Position numbers and translations under genes: made by a program. This document shows, in pieces, positions 54,553 through 63,960 of a stretch of 64,000 nucleotides of DNA. The DNA is from an uncultured Spartobacteria bacterium (lineage in GTDB: Bacteria; Verrucomicrobiota; Verrucomicrobiia; Chthoniobacterales; Terrimicrobiaceae). The notes below the pieces were generated by a model. The model had not been told where the DNA came from. It worked only from the letters and a program-made list of their open reading frames with translations, and did not search any database. The stretch spans positions 36,949 through 100,948 of the forward strand of contig CALFPA010000131.1 in the NCBI GenBank assembly GCA_937919825.1, in the 5' to 3' direction. Every line of letters begins with the position of its first letter. Position 1 is the stretch's first letter.

Positions 54553-55320
54553 TCAGGCCTTCTTTGAGGGAAGGTGGTCCAGACAGAATTCTTGGCCGGT
54601 TGCGGTGACACGGAATTCCGCCTCGGGGTGGGTTAGTTCGGTGGCGTCGCAGTTTTCGCACCGGTGGAGGGCTTCCGAGGTTTTGGCGGATTGGAAGCGC
54701 GCACGGCGGTTGGCGGTTTGGCGTTGGTCCATCCGGTTTCGTAGGAATGAGGGGCCGAAAAAGAGGAGGTAGTTCCCGAGGCACATGACGACCATCATTT
54801 TGGCCGAGAGCGGCCCGAAAACCAGATACAGGGCCGGAAGCAGTAGGCTGAACAGCGCCACCCATTTCATTTTCACCGGCAGGATCAGGAACAGCAGAAT
54901 TTCGAAATTTGGAGCCAGCGTGGCGACGGCGAGGAACAGTGAGAGGTTGAGAAAAAAATTCCCGCCGCTGACGCCGAAGATAAAAGCCGAGGCGATGCAG
55001 AGGAACATCCCGAGGAGGTAATAGGCATTCAGGCGAAAAGCTCCCCAACTTGACTCGAGCATGTCGCCGATCCACCAGGTGAAGAGCAGGTAGAAAATGA
55101 TCCAAAGAATCCGGGTCGTTTCGGGAATGAAAATCCATGTCACGAGCCGCCAGACCTCGCCGCGCAGCACGGCGGAGCGGTCGAGATCCAGCACAGCCGC
55201 GTAGCCTGGTTCGAATGTGACGATCAGGAAAACCAGGGCGTTGAAGGCGACGACATAGCGGATCAAGCCGGGAATGGCGAAACGGCTGAGGGATTTTTCG
55301 AGGCGGTCGAGAAAGGTCAT
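54553..55320 (-). CDS. Polytopic membrane protein, rhomboid-like, with C-terminal CxxC...CxxH tail
   Basis: ORF 54553..55515 trimmed to ATG 55320 (MTFLDRLEKSLSRF). Contains WRLVTWIFIPE and FGVSGG (GxSG-like). Tail HRCENCDATELTHPEAEFRVTATGQEFCLDH. The family call is tentative. Confidence 0.5.
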   Translation of the reverse strand: MTFLDRLEKSLSRFAIPGLIRYVVAFNALVFLIVTFEPGYAAVLDLDRSAVLRGEVWRLVTWIFIPETTRILWIIFYLLFTWWIGDMLESSWGAFRLNAYYLLGMFLCIASAFIFGVSGGNFFLNLSLFLAVATLAPNFEILLFLILPVKMKWVALFSLLLPALYLVFGPLSAKMMVVMCLGNYLLFFGPSFLRNRMDQRQTANRRARFQSAKTSEALHRCENCDATELTHPEAEFRVTATGQEFCLDHLPSKKA

Positions 55321-55336
55321 GGTTGCGGGAAGTTCT

Positions 55337-56290
55337 CTATTTCGAATGCGTGTTTGTAAATTTCGGAAGCTCGCGGAGGGAGGCCTCGCGGGCCCATTCG
55401 GGGAAATCCTCGGGCAATGGTGCGGTGAAGGAGAGGACTTGGCCCGTGGCGGGGTGGGTGAAGGCCAGCTTCCATGCATGGAGCATGTGACGCTCAAATT
55501 TTCCGCGCCGGCCATAGGCAGGGTCTCCCGACACGGAATGCCCGAGGTGTTTCAAGTGAACGCGAATCTGGTGCGTGCGGCCGGTCTTGGGATGGCATTG
55601 GACGAGAGCTTTTCCCTCGCGGGAATCCAACACACGGTAGTGAGTCAGAGCCTCGCGGCCCCGATCAATGACGGCCATTTTTTGGCGGTGGATGGCGTGC
55701 CGACCGATGGCGGCATCGATTTTTCCGTGAGGCATGCGGGGGACTCCATCGACCAGGGCGAGGTAGGTTTTTTCGACATTCCGGGAGGCGAACTGATCGG
55801 CAAGCGAGCGGTGGGTTTGTTCGGTTTTCGCGACCACGAGGACTCCGGAAGTTTCCTTGTCGAGTCGGTGGACGATGCCCGGACGCTCCGTTCCGCCGAC
55901 GACCTCGATGCCTGCGCAGTGGTGAAGGAGGCCGTTGGCAAGGGTGCCTTCGCGGTTTCCCGCGCCCGGGTGGACGACGAGGCCAGCAGGTTTGTCGAGG
56001 ACGAGGAGGTGTTCATCCTCGAAAAGAATGCCCAACGGCATCTCCTGCGCAGCGAGGGGGGAGGGGAGGGTTTCCTCGGGAATCTCCAAAACCACGGAAT
56101 CACCCTCGCGCAGGACGAGCGAGGGTTTGGCCGGAGTGCCATTCACGCGGGCGCGTCCATCACGGATGAAACTCTGTAAGCGGGAGCGGGAAAAATCGGG
56201 ACAGAGACCGCCGAGAAACCGGTCGAGGCGCTCACCGGCATCGGCGGGCCCGGCAATGGATTCGACGCGGTTGGAAGGCGGGTTGGACAT
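55337..56290 (-). CDS. rluD: RluA-family 23S rRNA pseudouridine synthase (RluD-like)
   Basis: S4 domain (RLDRFL..SRSRLQSFI). Catalytic HRLDKETSGVLVVAK. HQIRVHL motif. Confidence 0.9.
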   Translation of the reverse strand: MSNPPSNRVESIAGPADAGERLDRFLGGLCPDFSRSRLQSFIRDGRARVNGTPAKPSLVLREGDSVVLEIPEETLPSPLAAQEMPLGILFEDEHLLVLDKPAGLVVHPGAGNREGTLANGLLHHCAGIEVVGGTERPGIVHRLDKETSGVLVVAKTEQTHRSLADQFASRNVEKTYLALVDGVPRMPHGKIDAAIGRHAIHRQKMAVIDRGREALTHYRVLDSREGKALVQCHPKTGRTHQIRVHLKHLGHSVSGDPAYGRRGKFERHMLHAWKLAFTHPATGQVLSFTAPLPEDFPEWAREASLRELPKFTNTHSK

Positions 56291-56344
56291 GGAGGAGAAG
56301 GTAGTGCAGTTTCGCCACCGCCGTAAACTCCAGTCCCTTCCTTC

Positions 56345-57277
56345 ATGCCAAACTACGAGGATTATCCATCAACTCCTGGCGAGGATTCGCCACTTTACGA
56401 ATCATGTCCCGAATGTGGTGAGGTGATGGATATGGGCACGATTCAGATTTTCTCCCGCGTGGCGTGTTCAGCTTGTGGAGTGGAGTTCATGGCCCGGTGT
56501 CATATTGACCGTTTTCAAATCCTCGAATCGATTGCCGAGGGGGGGACCTCTTCGGTTTTCAAGGCCGTGGAGAAAAATTCAGGCCGCGTGGTGGCTTTGA
56601 AAGTCATGAAACAGGATGCTCAACACGAAATCCAAACCCTCGCGATCATGGAGGTCAACCATCCGAATATCGTTAGTTTTTTTTCGTTAGGGCACGCGCA
56701 AGGGAACTTATACCTCGCGATGGAGTTTCTTGGCGGAGGTTCCCTTGATGATTTGATTCAAGAGAGGGGACCGATCAATGAAGCGACTGTGTTGAGCATC
56801 GGGATTCAGGTGGCGGAGGGCCTGTCAGTCGCTCTAGCGCGTGGGTTGATCCACCGCGACATCAAACCTGCGAATATTTTATTCACTGATTCACAGACCG
56901 CGAAATTGGTGGATTTCGGTCTTAGTGCCCAACCGCTCGGCGAAGTTTGGGGGACGCCTGACTATATCGCCCCCGAGAAACTCGCCGAGCAACCCGAGGA
57001 TTTTCGTAGCGATATCTACAGTCTCGGCTCGACGCTCTTTCATGCCCTAACAGGTCAGCCTCCTTATAAAACAGACAATGTCCCACTCGCGGACTTGCGG
57101 GATTTAAAAAATCACCCGGTCGATCTTCGTGAGTTGGCGCCCGGCGTTGGCGAGGAAACTGCGCGAGTCGTTCATCGCATGATGGCTCTTGAGCCATCCG
57201 AGCGCCTAGCGGACTATCACGAATTGATCACTCAACTCCAAATGGCTTTGGGGGAAGTCCCTTCTCGCTCACATTGA
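56345..57277 (+). CDS. Hanks-type Ser/Thr protein kinase with N-terminal zinc-ribbon
   Basis: Contains CPECGEVMD..CSACGVEF, VALKVMK, HRDIKPANILF, DFGLS and GTPDYIAPE. The Gly-loop is degenerate (AEGGTSSV). Confidence 0.85.
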   Translation: MPNYEDYPSTPGEDSPLYESCPECGEVMDMGTIQIFSRVACSACGVEFMARCHIDRFQILESIAEGGTSSVFKAVEKNSGRVVALKVMKQDAQHEIQTLAIMEVNHPNIVSFFSLGHAQGNLYLAMEFLGGGSLDDLIQERGPINEATVLSIGIQVAEGLSVALARGLIHRDIKPANILFTDSQTAKLVDFGLSAQPLGEVWGTPDYIAPEKLAEQPEDFRSDIYSLGSTLFHALTGQPPYKTDNVPLADLRDLKNHPVDLRELAPGVGEETARVVHRMMALEPSERLADYHELITQLQMALGEVPSRSH

Positions 57278-57319
57278 CGCCACTCGTTGTTGACGAGTAG
57301 TCTTTAGCTCATTCGCGAA

Positions 57320-58450
57320 ATGAGCATCCTTGATCGATATGTCCTGAAAAAATTCCTCGTGCCGTTCGCGTATTGTTTTTTCGGGTTTGTGAGCATTTGG
57401 TTCATCTTCGACCTAGCCGATAACATTGGGGATTTTATCAAAGGCCAGCCGAGTTTTGAGGTTTTGCTAGGGTATTATGCCACGCAGGTTCCGGAGATTA
57501 TTGTTATAGCCCTCCCGCTCGCCGCCTTGCTGGCCATCTTGTATGCGTTGGCCGCGATGTCCCGGGCAAATGAAATCATTTCCATGCTCGGAGCTGGCAG
57601 AAGTGTTGTGCGAATCTTATGCCCTCTCATTTTTGCGGGCGTGATTCTTTCAATAATAAATGCCTATTTTAACTACGAGAGTGCCCCGAAGGCCTCTGGG
57701 GTAAAAAAAATAATTATTAGTGAGATAAACGACGGTAAAAAGAAGGATCGCACGATCCGCGGAAATCTTTTTATCAATCGGGAGGACAAGCGTTTTTGGT
57801 TTGCTTCAAAATTATCAATCGAAAGAAGTATATTGTCGGATATACATGTGGTTCAGCAGGATTCTGATGGGAAAATAATTGAGCAATGGTATGCCAATGA
57901 AGCAAAATTTGAACCGGATACCGGTGTATGGTTTTTCAAAAATGCCCGTCATGTGATTGTGGACCAAAATGGTGACATCACTACAAATGAGTTACACGAC
58001 TCGATGGTTATTGATAAATTTAATGAAACAATATGGAGGCTGGCGAGTTCTACGCTTAAGGCGGATTTTTTATCGGTTCCAGAACTCCGAGAATACCTTA
58101 AGTTCAACAGTGATTATCCCGAAAAACGACTCGCGCCTTATCGAATGCATCTTCACTACCGATGGGCAACCCCTACAGTTTGCTTTCTTGTCGTCTTGGT
58201 AGCCGCGCCTTGTGGGATTGTTTATTCCAGACGGGGAATGCTTGGAGGTGTGGCGTTGGCGATCGGGCTGTTTTTTTCACTGGTTTTCCTGAGCAATCTT
58301 TTCTTGGCACTGGGTAAGGGGGGGCGCGTTTCGCCGTTTATAGCGGCTTGGGGGCCGATGATCGCTTTTTTCGCCGTCGGGCTGTATCTCCTCTGGATGC
58401 GTTCGACAAACAGGGACCTCCCCCGACTCCGAATTCCGGGACTTTCATGA
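57320..58450 (+). CDS. LptF/LptG-family LPS export permease
   Basis: 376 aa. MSILDRYVLKKFLVPFAYCFFGFVSIWFIFDL is the family N-terminus. 3+3 TM layout around a periplasmic beta-jellyroll region. Only one family member is present in the window. Confidence 0.8.
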   Translation: MSILDRYVLKKFLVPFAYCFFGFVSIWFIFDLADNIGDFIKGQPSFEVLLGYYATQVPEIIVIALPLAALLAILYALAAMSRANEIISMLGAGRSVVRILCPLIFAGVILSIINAYFNYESAPKASGVKKIIISEINDGKKKDRTIRGNLFINREDKRFWFASKLSIERSILSDIHVVQQDSDGKIIEQWYANEAKFEPDTGVWFFKNARHVIVDQNGDITTNELHDSMVIDKFNETIWRLASSTLKADFLSVPELREYLKFNSDYPEKRLAPYRMHLHYRWATPTVCFLVVLVAAPCGIVYSRRGMLGGVALAIGLFFSLVFLSNLFLALGKGGRVSPFIAAWGPMIAFFAVGLYLLWMRSTNRDLPRLRIPGLS

Positions 58451-58938
58451 TGCAAGCCGATTGGGAAATCAAATCACGGGCCCACCAGTGCTCACGCACC
58501 GGGAGGGAATTTGCTGAGGGTGAGTTTTTCTACACGATCCTTGTTCGAGAGGGGGAGGGTTTCCTTCGAGAGGACATGAGCGAAGAGGCGTGGAACGAAC
58601 GAAACGAAAACATTCAGCCGTTCTCATTCTGGCGTTCCAAATACGAGCCGCCGGCCCCGCCGCCTGCCGAGCCACTGCCTCGCGATGATGCCGAGGGATT
58701 GCTGCGCCGATTGATCCAGGAAAACGACCCCACCTACTCGAATGTCCGCTACATTTTGGCCCTCATGTTGGAGCGCAAGCGAGTGATCCGGCCGCTGGAA
58801 AGTTCGGACGACGACATGCTGGTTTACGAACACCTCGCCACGGGGGAGACTTTCGTGCTGGCGAATCCCAAACTTTCGTTCGAACGCATTCCCGAGGTTC
58901 AACGCGAGGTCTCGGCGCTGCTCGCTCCTGCAGCCTGA
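58447..58938 (+). CDS. Hypothetical protein coupled to the Lpt permease gene
   Basis: ORF 58348..58938 trimmed to ATG 58447 (ATGA overlap with the lptF/G stop). 163 aa, soluble, no motif recognised. Confidence 0.55.
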   Translation: MMQADWEIKSRAHQCSRTGREFAEGEFFYTILVREGEGFLREDMSEEAWNERNENIQPFSFWRSKYEPPAPPPAEPLPRDDAEGLLRRLIQENDPTYSNVRYILALMLERKRVIRPLESSDDDMLVYEHLATGETFVLANPKLSFERIPEVQREVSALLAPAA

Positions 58939-58939
58939 C

Positions 58940-59917
58940 ATGGCGGCGCAAAACGCCCCGCTGCTTTTCCTCGCGCCCATGGCGGGTGTGACGAACACGG
59001 TCTTTCGCAGACTCTGCAAAAATCTAGGTGCCGATGTGCTCACCACGGAGTTCGTATCCGCCGAGGGGATTCTTCATCGCAACGAGCGAACCCGGCGCTA
59101 CATCGAGTTTCAGCCCGATGAGCGTCCGGTGGGAGTTCAGCTTTTTGGTGCGAGTCCCGAGCGGCTCGCGGAGGCCGCAAAGGCTGTCATTGACTGGGTC
59201 GGGCCGGATTTTATCGATCTGAATTTCGGTTGTCCGGTGAATAAAGTGGTCTCGCGCAACGGAGGCTCCTCGCTGCTCAAAGATTGTCCGCTTTTGAAAA
59301 AAGTCGCCGCGTCGGTGGTCTCGGCGGCCGGGCCGGTTCCAGTCACCGCAAAAATCCGGATCGGCTGGGATTCGAAAACAATCAACGCCACGGAAACGGC
59401 GCGGATTTTGGAGGGCGAGGGGATTAAGCGTTTGGCCGTTCACGGGCGAACCAAGGAGCAGGGCTACACTGGGCAAGCCGATTGGGCGGTGATTTCGGCG
59501 GTTGTTTCTGCAGTTCGGATTCCTGTGATCGGTAATGGCGATTTGGATTCCGCCACGATCGCCTTGGCGCGCTGGAAAGAATCCGGAGCCGCTGGTCTCA
59601 TGATCGGCCGTGCGGCGATGAACCACCCGTGGATTTTCCGGGAAATCCGAATGGCTTTGGATGGTGGGGCGAGTGCTCCAGTGGTTGGTCTCCGCGAGAA
59701 GTGGGATTTTATCCTTCATCATGCCGAACTCGAAATCGCTTGGTGGAATGGCGTGGAGGAGCCGGCGATAAAATCCATGCGTTCCCGTCTCATGTCTTAC
59801 ACCCGGGGGCTGCCGGGTGGAGCCCGCTTGAGGGAGAGTTTGCAGCATCTGGACTCATTAGCCCGCCTCCGCGAAATCGCCGAGGAGCATTCCTCCGCAC
59901 ATAACGAGTGCGCATAA
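58940..59917 (+). CDS. dusB: tRNA-dihydrouridine synthase
   Basis: Contains LAPMAGVTNTVFR, VQLFG, DLNFGCP and HGRT, typical Dus motifs. Confidence 0.9.
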   Translation: MAAQNAPLLFLAPMAGVTNTVFRRLCKNLGADVLTTEFVSAEGILHRNERTRRYIEFQPDERPVGVQLFGASPERLAEAAKAVIDWVGPDFIDLNFGCPVNKVVSRNGGSSLLKDCPLLKKVAASVVSAAGPVPVTAKIRIGWDSKTINATETARILEGEGIKRLAVHGRTKEQGYTGQADWAVISAVVSAVRIPVIGNGDLDSATIALARWKESGAAGLMIGRAAMNHPWIFREIRMALDGGASAPVVGLREKWDFILHHAELEIAWWNGVEEPAIKSMRSRLMSYTRGLPGGARLRESLQHLDSLARLREIAEEHSSAHNECA

Positions 59918-59970
59918 AAGATGGGAAAATCTTTGCGCGATCGAAATCCACGCGGATAGGATCGAGGCAC

Positions 59971-60792
59971 ATGGCAAAGCGTCGCCCTATCAAGATCGGC
60001 CGTCACACCCTCGGCGGCCGGGAACTCCTTTTTATTCTAGGCCCCTGCGTCATGGAGTCGCCGGCCTTCACTCGCCGGATGGCGACCCGGATCAAAAAAA
60101 TCTGTGATGGCGAGGGGGCTTCCTTCGTATTCAAAGCCTCCTATGACAAAGCGAATCGCACCTCGGTGAAATCTTTCCGCGGCACTTCGGTTCGCGATGG
60201 GGGTGCCCTCCTGGCCGAGATCGGAGCTGCCATCGAGGCCCCGGTCACCACCGATATCCACTCGCCCGAAGAAGCCCAAATCGCTGCCGAGTTTGTCGAT
60301 ATCCTCCAAATCCCCGCGTTCCTCTGCCGTCAAACCGATCTCATCGTGACAGCGGCCCAAACCGGCCGGGTGGTGAATGTCAAAAAAGGCCAATTCCTCG
60401 CTCCGTGGGATATGAAAAATGTTGCCACCAAACTCGTGGGGGCCGGTTGCCGGGACTATTTCTTCACCGAGCGCGGAACGACCTTCGGCTACAACAATCT
60501 GGTTGCCGACATGCGCTCGATCCCCTGGATGCAGGAACTCGGCGCACAAGTGGTATTCGACGCCACCCACTCGGTTCAGCGCCCCGGTGGGGCAGGGGAT
60601 ACCACTTCCGGCGATGGGACGTTGGCACCTGTCCTGGCCCGGTCGGCGGTTTCCGCCGGTTGCGACGGGGTGTTTCTCGAGACTCACGAAAATCCCGCCC
60701 GTGCCCTCTCCGACGGTCCAAACCAAGTGCCGTTGCGCGACCTTCCGCGTCTCATCAAACAACTCCGAGCCCTTCGTGAAATTGTCGCCTAG
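59971..60792 (+). CDS. kdsA: 3-deoxy-8-phosphooctulonate (KDO-8-P) synthase
   Basis: ORF 59908 trimmed to ATG 59971. Contains FKASYDKANRTS, LQIPAFLCRQTDL, NVKKGQFLAPWDM, FDATHSVQ and ETHENP. Confidence 0.92.
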   Translation: MAKRRPIKIGRHTLGGRELLFILGPCVMESPAFTRRMATRIKKICDGEGASFVFKASYDKANRTSVKSFRGTSVRDGGALLAEIGAAIEAPVTTDIHSPEEAQIAAEFVDILQIPAFLCRQTDLIVTAAQTGRVVNVKKGQFLAPWDMKNVATKLVGAGCRDYFFTERGTTFGYNNLVADMRSIPWMQELGAQVVFDATHSVQRPGGAGDTTSGDGTLAPVLARSAVSAGCDGVFLETHENPARALSDGPNQVPLRDLPRLIKQLRALREIVA

Positions 60793-61261
60793 AATTTTCC
60801 TGCTGACTCTGGGGTTTGCCATCCTTCCCTTGCAGGCGGATGACACGCCCAAGCCCTCGTCTTCCCCCGAAGAGAAGGAATTGGATCTCCCCGTTCCGGT
60901 CGGCATTCCCGTGAATGGCATCAAGATTCCACATTACAATTCGGATGGGAAATTGGCGCTGCTTCTCGAAGCCGATACGGCCCTGAAAAACGATGACGCC
61001 AATGTCCAATTCACCAATCTCAAGCTGGAGGCGCTGGATGAAGAGGACCGGAAAATTTTCGTTGAACTCCCCCAAGCGGTTCTTAACCTCGACACCCGAA
61101 TCCTGACTGGAGACAAAACCGTCAACATCCGCCGAGAGGATTTTACCATTTCCGCCGATTGGATTGAGTTCAACACCAAGACCCGTTTCGGAACCGTGAG
61201 GGGAAATATCCACATGGTTCTCACCTCAGATGATCCTGATCTAGAAGTTACAACCCCATGA
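60776..61261 (+). CDS. lptC: LptC-like periplasmic LPS export protein (tentative)
   Basis: In-frame GTG at 60776 gives VKLSPRIFLLTLGFAILPL (anchor/signal), then an OstA-like beta-rich domain. Position between kdsA and lptA fits lptC. Overlaps the kdsA end by 17 nt. Its stop overlaps the lptA start. Confidence 0.5.
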   Translation: MKLSPRIFLLTLGFAILPLQADDTPKPSSSPEEKELDLPVPVGIPVNGIKIPHYNSDGKLALLLEADTALKNDDANVQFTNLKLEALDEEDRKIFVELPQAVLNLDTRILTGDKTVNIRREDFTISADWIEFNTKTRFGTVRGNIHMVLTSDDPDLEVTTP

Positions 61262-61833
61262 AAAAAATCGCTTTATTCAGTCTTTCATTGCTTTGCCCGC
61301 TGCTCGTTGCGTCCGCGCAGGAGTCCACGGGGGCCATTTCTACCTTGGAAGCCGACTCCAAAAAGAAGCCCGGTTTTCTGAGTCCCATGGGGGAGCGCCC
61401 CAAAGGTGCGAAAACCGAAATCACCGCTTCCGAGGAGGCCTCTTTCGATAACGAAAAAAATGTCGCCGAATTCAAGGGTGGCGTCGTGGTGAAGGATACC
61501 CAGTTCACCCTCTCCTGCGACACGCTGACCGTGAAGCTCGCCAAAGACCGAGGCGGCATTGAGGTCGCGGAGGCACGCGGGAATATCGTCGTCGTTCAAG
61601 CGACGGACCCTGCCAACCCCAAACAGGAAAAAGCCATCGGCCGTGCGGGCCAAATGACCTACAAGCCCGACACGGGCGATATCACCCTCCGAGAATGGCC
61701 CTCGATTCAGCAGGGCATCAACAATCAAGTCGCCACCGAGGTCGGCACAGTGATGTATCTCAAGAGTTCCGGCGAATCCCGCACGGTGGGTGGTAGCAAA
61801 ACCGTCATTTCCGACACCGCAAAAGCCCAATGA
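61258..61833 (+). CDS. lptA: LptA/OstA-family periplasmic LPS transport protein
   Basis: Signal peptide MKKIALFSLSLLCPLLVASA. The OstA_N-like repeats include AEFKGGVVVKDTQFTLSCDTLTV and GNIVVVQ. Confidence 0.75.
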   Translation: MKKIALFSLSLLCPLLVASAQESTGAISTLEADSKKKPGFLSPMGERPKGAKTEITASEEASFDNEKNVAEFKGGVVVKDTQFTLSCDTLTVKLAKDRGGIEVAEARGNIVVVQATDPANPKQEKAIGRAGQMTYKPDTGDITLREWPSIQQGINNQVATEVGTVMYLKSSGESRTVGGSKTVISDTAKAQ

Positions 61834-62576
61834 GCGACGCTGTTTCCTCCGCTGGCTCTCTCCTCCGCACCGAGGGGTTGGTGAAAATCTACAATGGCCG
61901 CCGCGTTGTGAACGGTGTGGATATCAATGTCAAAAGCGGTGAGATCGTTGGTCTGCTCGGTCCCAATGGGGCCGGAAAGACGACGAGTTTCTACATGATC
62001 GTTGGCCTCGTGCGCCCGAACGGGGGACAGGTTTTTTTCCGCGATGCAGATGTCACCTCGATGCCGATGTATCAACGCGCCCGCCATGGCATGGGTTACC
62101 TGCCCCAGGAGGAATCGATTTTCCGAAAACTCACGGTGGAGGAAAACATCCTCGCGATACTCGAAACCACCGGCGCCTCGAAGAAGGAGCGCAAGCAACG
62201 ATGTGAGGAATTACTCACCCGCTTCGGCATCGAGCACATCGCAAAAAATGAAGCGCTGACTCTCTCGGGCGGCGAGAAGCGCCGACTCACCATCGCCCGC
62301 TCGCTCGTCACGAATCCCTCGCTCCTCATGCTCGACGAGCCATTCAGCGGCGTGGATCCGATCGCCGTTCACGATGTTCAGCAAATCATCCAGGACCTCC
62401 GCTCGCAGGGACTCGCGATTCTTATTACCGACCACAATGTCCGAGAGACGCTCAATATCGTGGACCGCGCCTACCTCATCTTCGAAGGTCGCGTGGAGAG
62501 CCAAGGGAACAAGGAATTCCTGCTGAATGACCCGATTAGCCGCAAACTCTACCTCGGCGAATCCTTCTCCATGTGA
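61830..62576 (+). CDS. lptB: LPS export ABC transporter ATP-binding protein
   Basis: Contains GLLGPNGAGKTT (Walker A), LSGGEKRRLTIAR (signature), LLMLDEPFSGVDP (Walker B) and C-terminal YLGESF. Confidence 0.95.
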   Translation: MSDAVSSAGSLLRTEGLVKIYNGRRVVNGVDINVKSGEIVGLLGPNGAGKTTSFYMIVGLVRPNGGQVFFRDADVTSMPMYQRARHGMGYLPQEESIFRKLTVEENILAILETTGASKKERKQRCEELLTRFGIEHIAKNEALTLSGGEKRRLTIARSLVTNPSLLMLDEPFSGVDPIAVHDVQQIIQDLRSQGLAILITDHNVRETLNIVDRAYLIFEGRVESQGNKEFLLNDPISRKLYLGESFSM

Positions 62577-62648
62577 GAAATTAGAATTTCCCGCTTGCGG
62601 ACGCCGACTTGATGGGTCCACTTAGGTAATCTTTTTCCGATCTTTCCA

Positions 62649-63611
62649 ATGACCCAATCGCCAAAAAAGGTAACGCACATCACCGTTGGCCATTTTTACG
62701 CGACCCACGCCGAAAAACTCGGTCTTCGTCTGGAGGGGAGTTCGCGTGGGCTCAATCGCCTCATCCGCGAGCCCACGATCAACCGCCCCGGCTTGGCTCT
62801 GGCGGGATTTTACAGTTATTTCGCCGTCAAACGCATTCAAGTCTTTGGCTCTGCCGAGATGGGCTATCTCAAGAGCCTCAGCCCGGTGACGCTGAAGGAA
62901 CGCGTGCGCGTCATGCTGGCTCGTAAGATGCCGTGCATCGTTGTTGCGCGAAACCTTCCGATTCCGCCAGCCCTCCTCGATGCGGCCTCGGAATTCGAAA
63001 TTCCGATCATGCGAACCAGCATGATCACGATGAAATTCATCAACGCCGCCACCATCCTGCTCGAGACCGATTTTTCGCCCTCGACTACCGAGCATGGAAG
63101 CATGGTCAGTATCCTTGGTGTGGGAACACTCATCCGTGGCGCCAGCGGAATCGGCAAAAGCGAGTGCGTCCTTGGCCTCATCGAGCGTGGATACAGTCTC
63201 GTTGCCGACGACCTCACGCGCTTCCGTTCCGTCGAGGGCTCCGAACTCATCGGCACGGCGGACGGCATTTCCCGATACCACATGGAAGTCCGCGGCATTG
63301 GCATTATCAACATCGCGTCGATTTTTGGCGTAGGCGCCGTGGTGCCACAGAAAAAACTCAACTTCGTCGTGACATTGAAGGATTGGCACGAGGTCGAGAA
63401 TGTGGATAGAATAGGACTGGATCGCGAAACTTATGAAATCCTTGGCATCAAAGTCCCACATGTCACCTTGCCGGTTCGCATCGGCCGTGACATTGCACGG
63501 CTCGTGGAAGTAGCCGCGTTGGACCAGAAGCTCAAGGACATGGGAGAAAACAGCGCTCAGGAGTTCAACCAAAAGCTCCTTCACATGATCAGCGAACGCC
63601 GGAACAGATAA
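62649..63611 (+). CDS. hprK: HPr kinase/phosphorylase
   Basis: 320 aa. P-loop GASGIGKSECVLGLI. Contains LVADD, MEVRGIGIINI and LPVRIGRD. Confidence 0.92.
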   Translation: MTQSPKKVTHITVGHFYATHAEKLGLRLEGSSRGLNRLIREPTINRPGLALAGFYSYFAVKRIQVFGSAEMGYLKSLSPVTLKERVRVMLARKMPCIVVARNLPIPPALLDAASEFEIPIMRTSMITMKFINAATILLETDFSPSTTEHGSMVSILGVGTLIRGASGIGKSECVLGLIERGYSLVADDLTRFRSVEGSELIGTADGISRYHMEVRGIGIINIASIFGVGAVVPQKKLNFVVTLKDWHEVENVDRIGLDRETYEILGIKVPHVTLPVRIGRDIARLVEVAALDQKLKDMGENSAQEFNQKLLHMISERRNR

Positions 63612-63920
63612 ATGGGAATCCTTACTAAGAAAAAAACCACGGACGACGCGCAGCGCTGCAATAGCGAAGTGGTGATCGAAAATCGCAATGGCCTCCACGC
63701 TCGCCCTGCGGCGATGTTTGTTAAAATCTCCAGCCGCTATCGTGCCGAGGTTTGGGTTGAAAAAGACGGTGAGCGTGTGAATGGAAAAAGCATTATGGGC
63801 CTCATGATGCTCGCGGCTGGCAAAGGGTCCAAACTCATCATCCACGCCGAGGGTGCTGATGCTGAAAAAGCCGTCGCCGAAATCAAAAATCTCGTCGAAA
63901 CCCGTTTCGGGGAGGACTAG
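63612..63920 (+). CDS. ptsH: Phosphocarrier protein HPr
   Basis: GLHARPA (His-15 site) and NGKSIMGLMML (Ser-46 site) are both present. The start follows the hprK stop with no gap. Confidence 0.9.
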   Translation: MGILTKKKTTDDAQRCNSEVVIENRNGLHARPAAMFVKISSRYRAEVWVEKDGERVNGKSIMGLMMLAAGKGSKLIIHAEGADAEKAVAEIKNLVETRFGED

Positions 63921-63933
63921 TCACTTTCCCTCA

Positions 63934-63960
63934 CACCCCATGCGGGTGATTTCTTTTTTT
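63934..63960 (+). terminator. Weak hairpin with a strong T-tract after ptsH
   Basis: 5-bp stem caccc/gggtg, loop catgc, followed by atttcttttttt. Confidence 0.4.

Noticed and set aside
54425-55138. 237-aa ORF on the same strand as the rhomboid-like membrane gene but in another frame.
   Set aside because: It has an Arg/Pro-rich low-complexity translation. The overlapping frame (54553-55320) encodes a coherent polytopic membrane protein.
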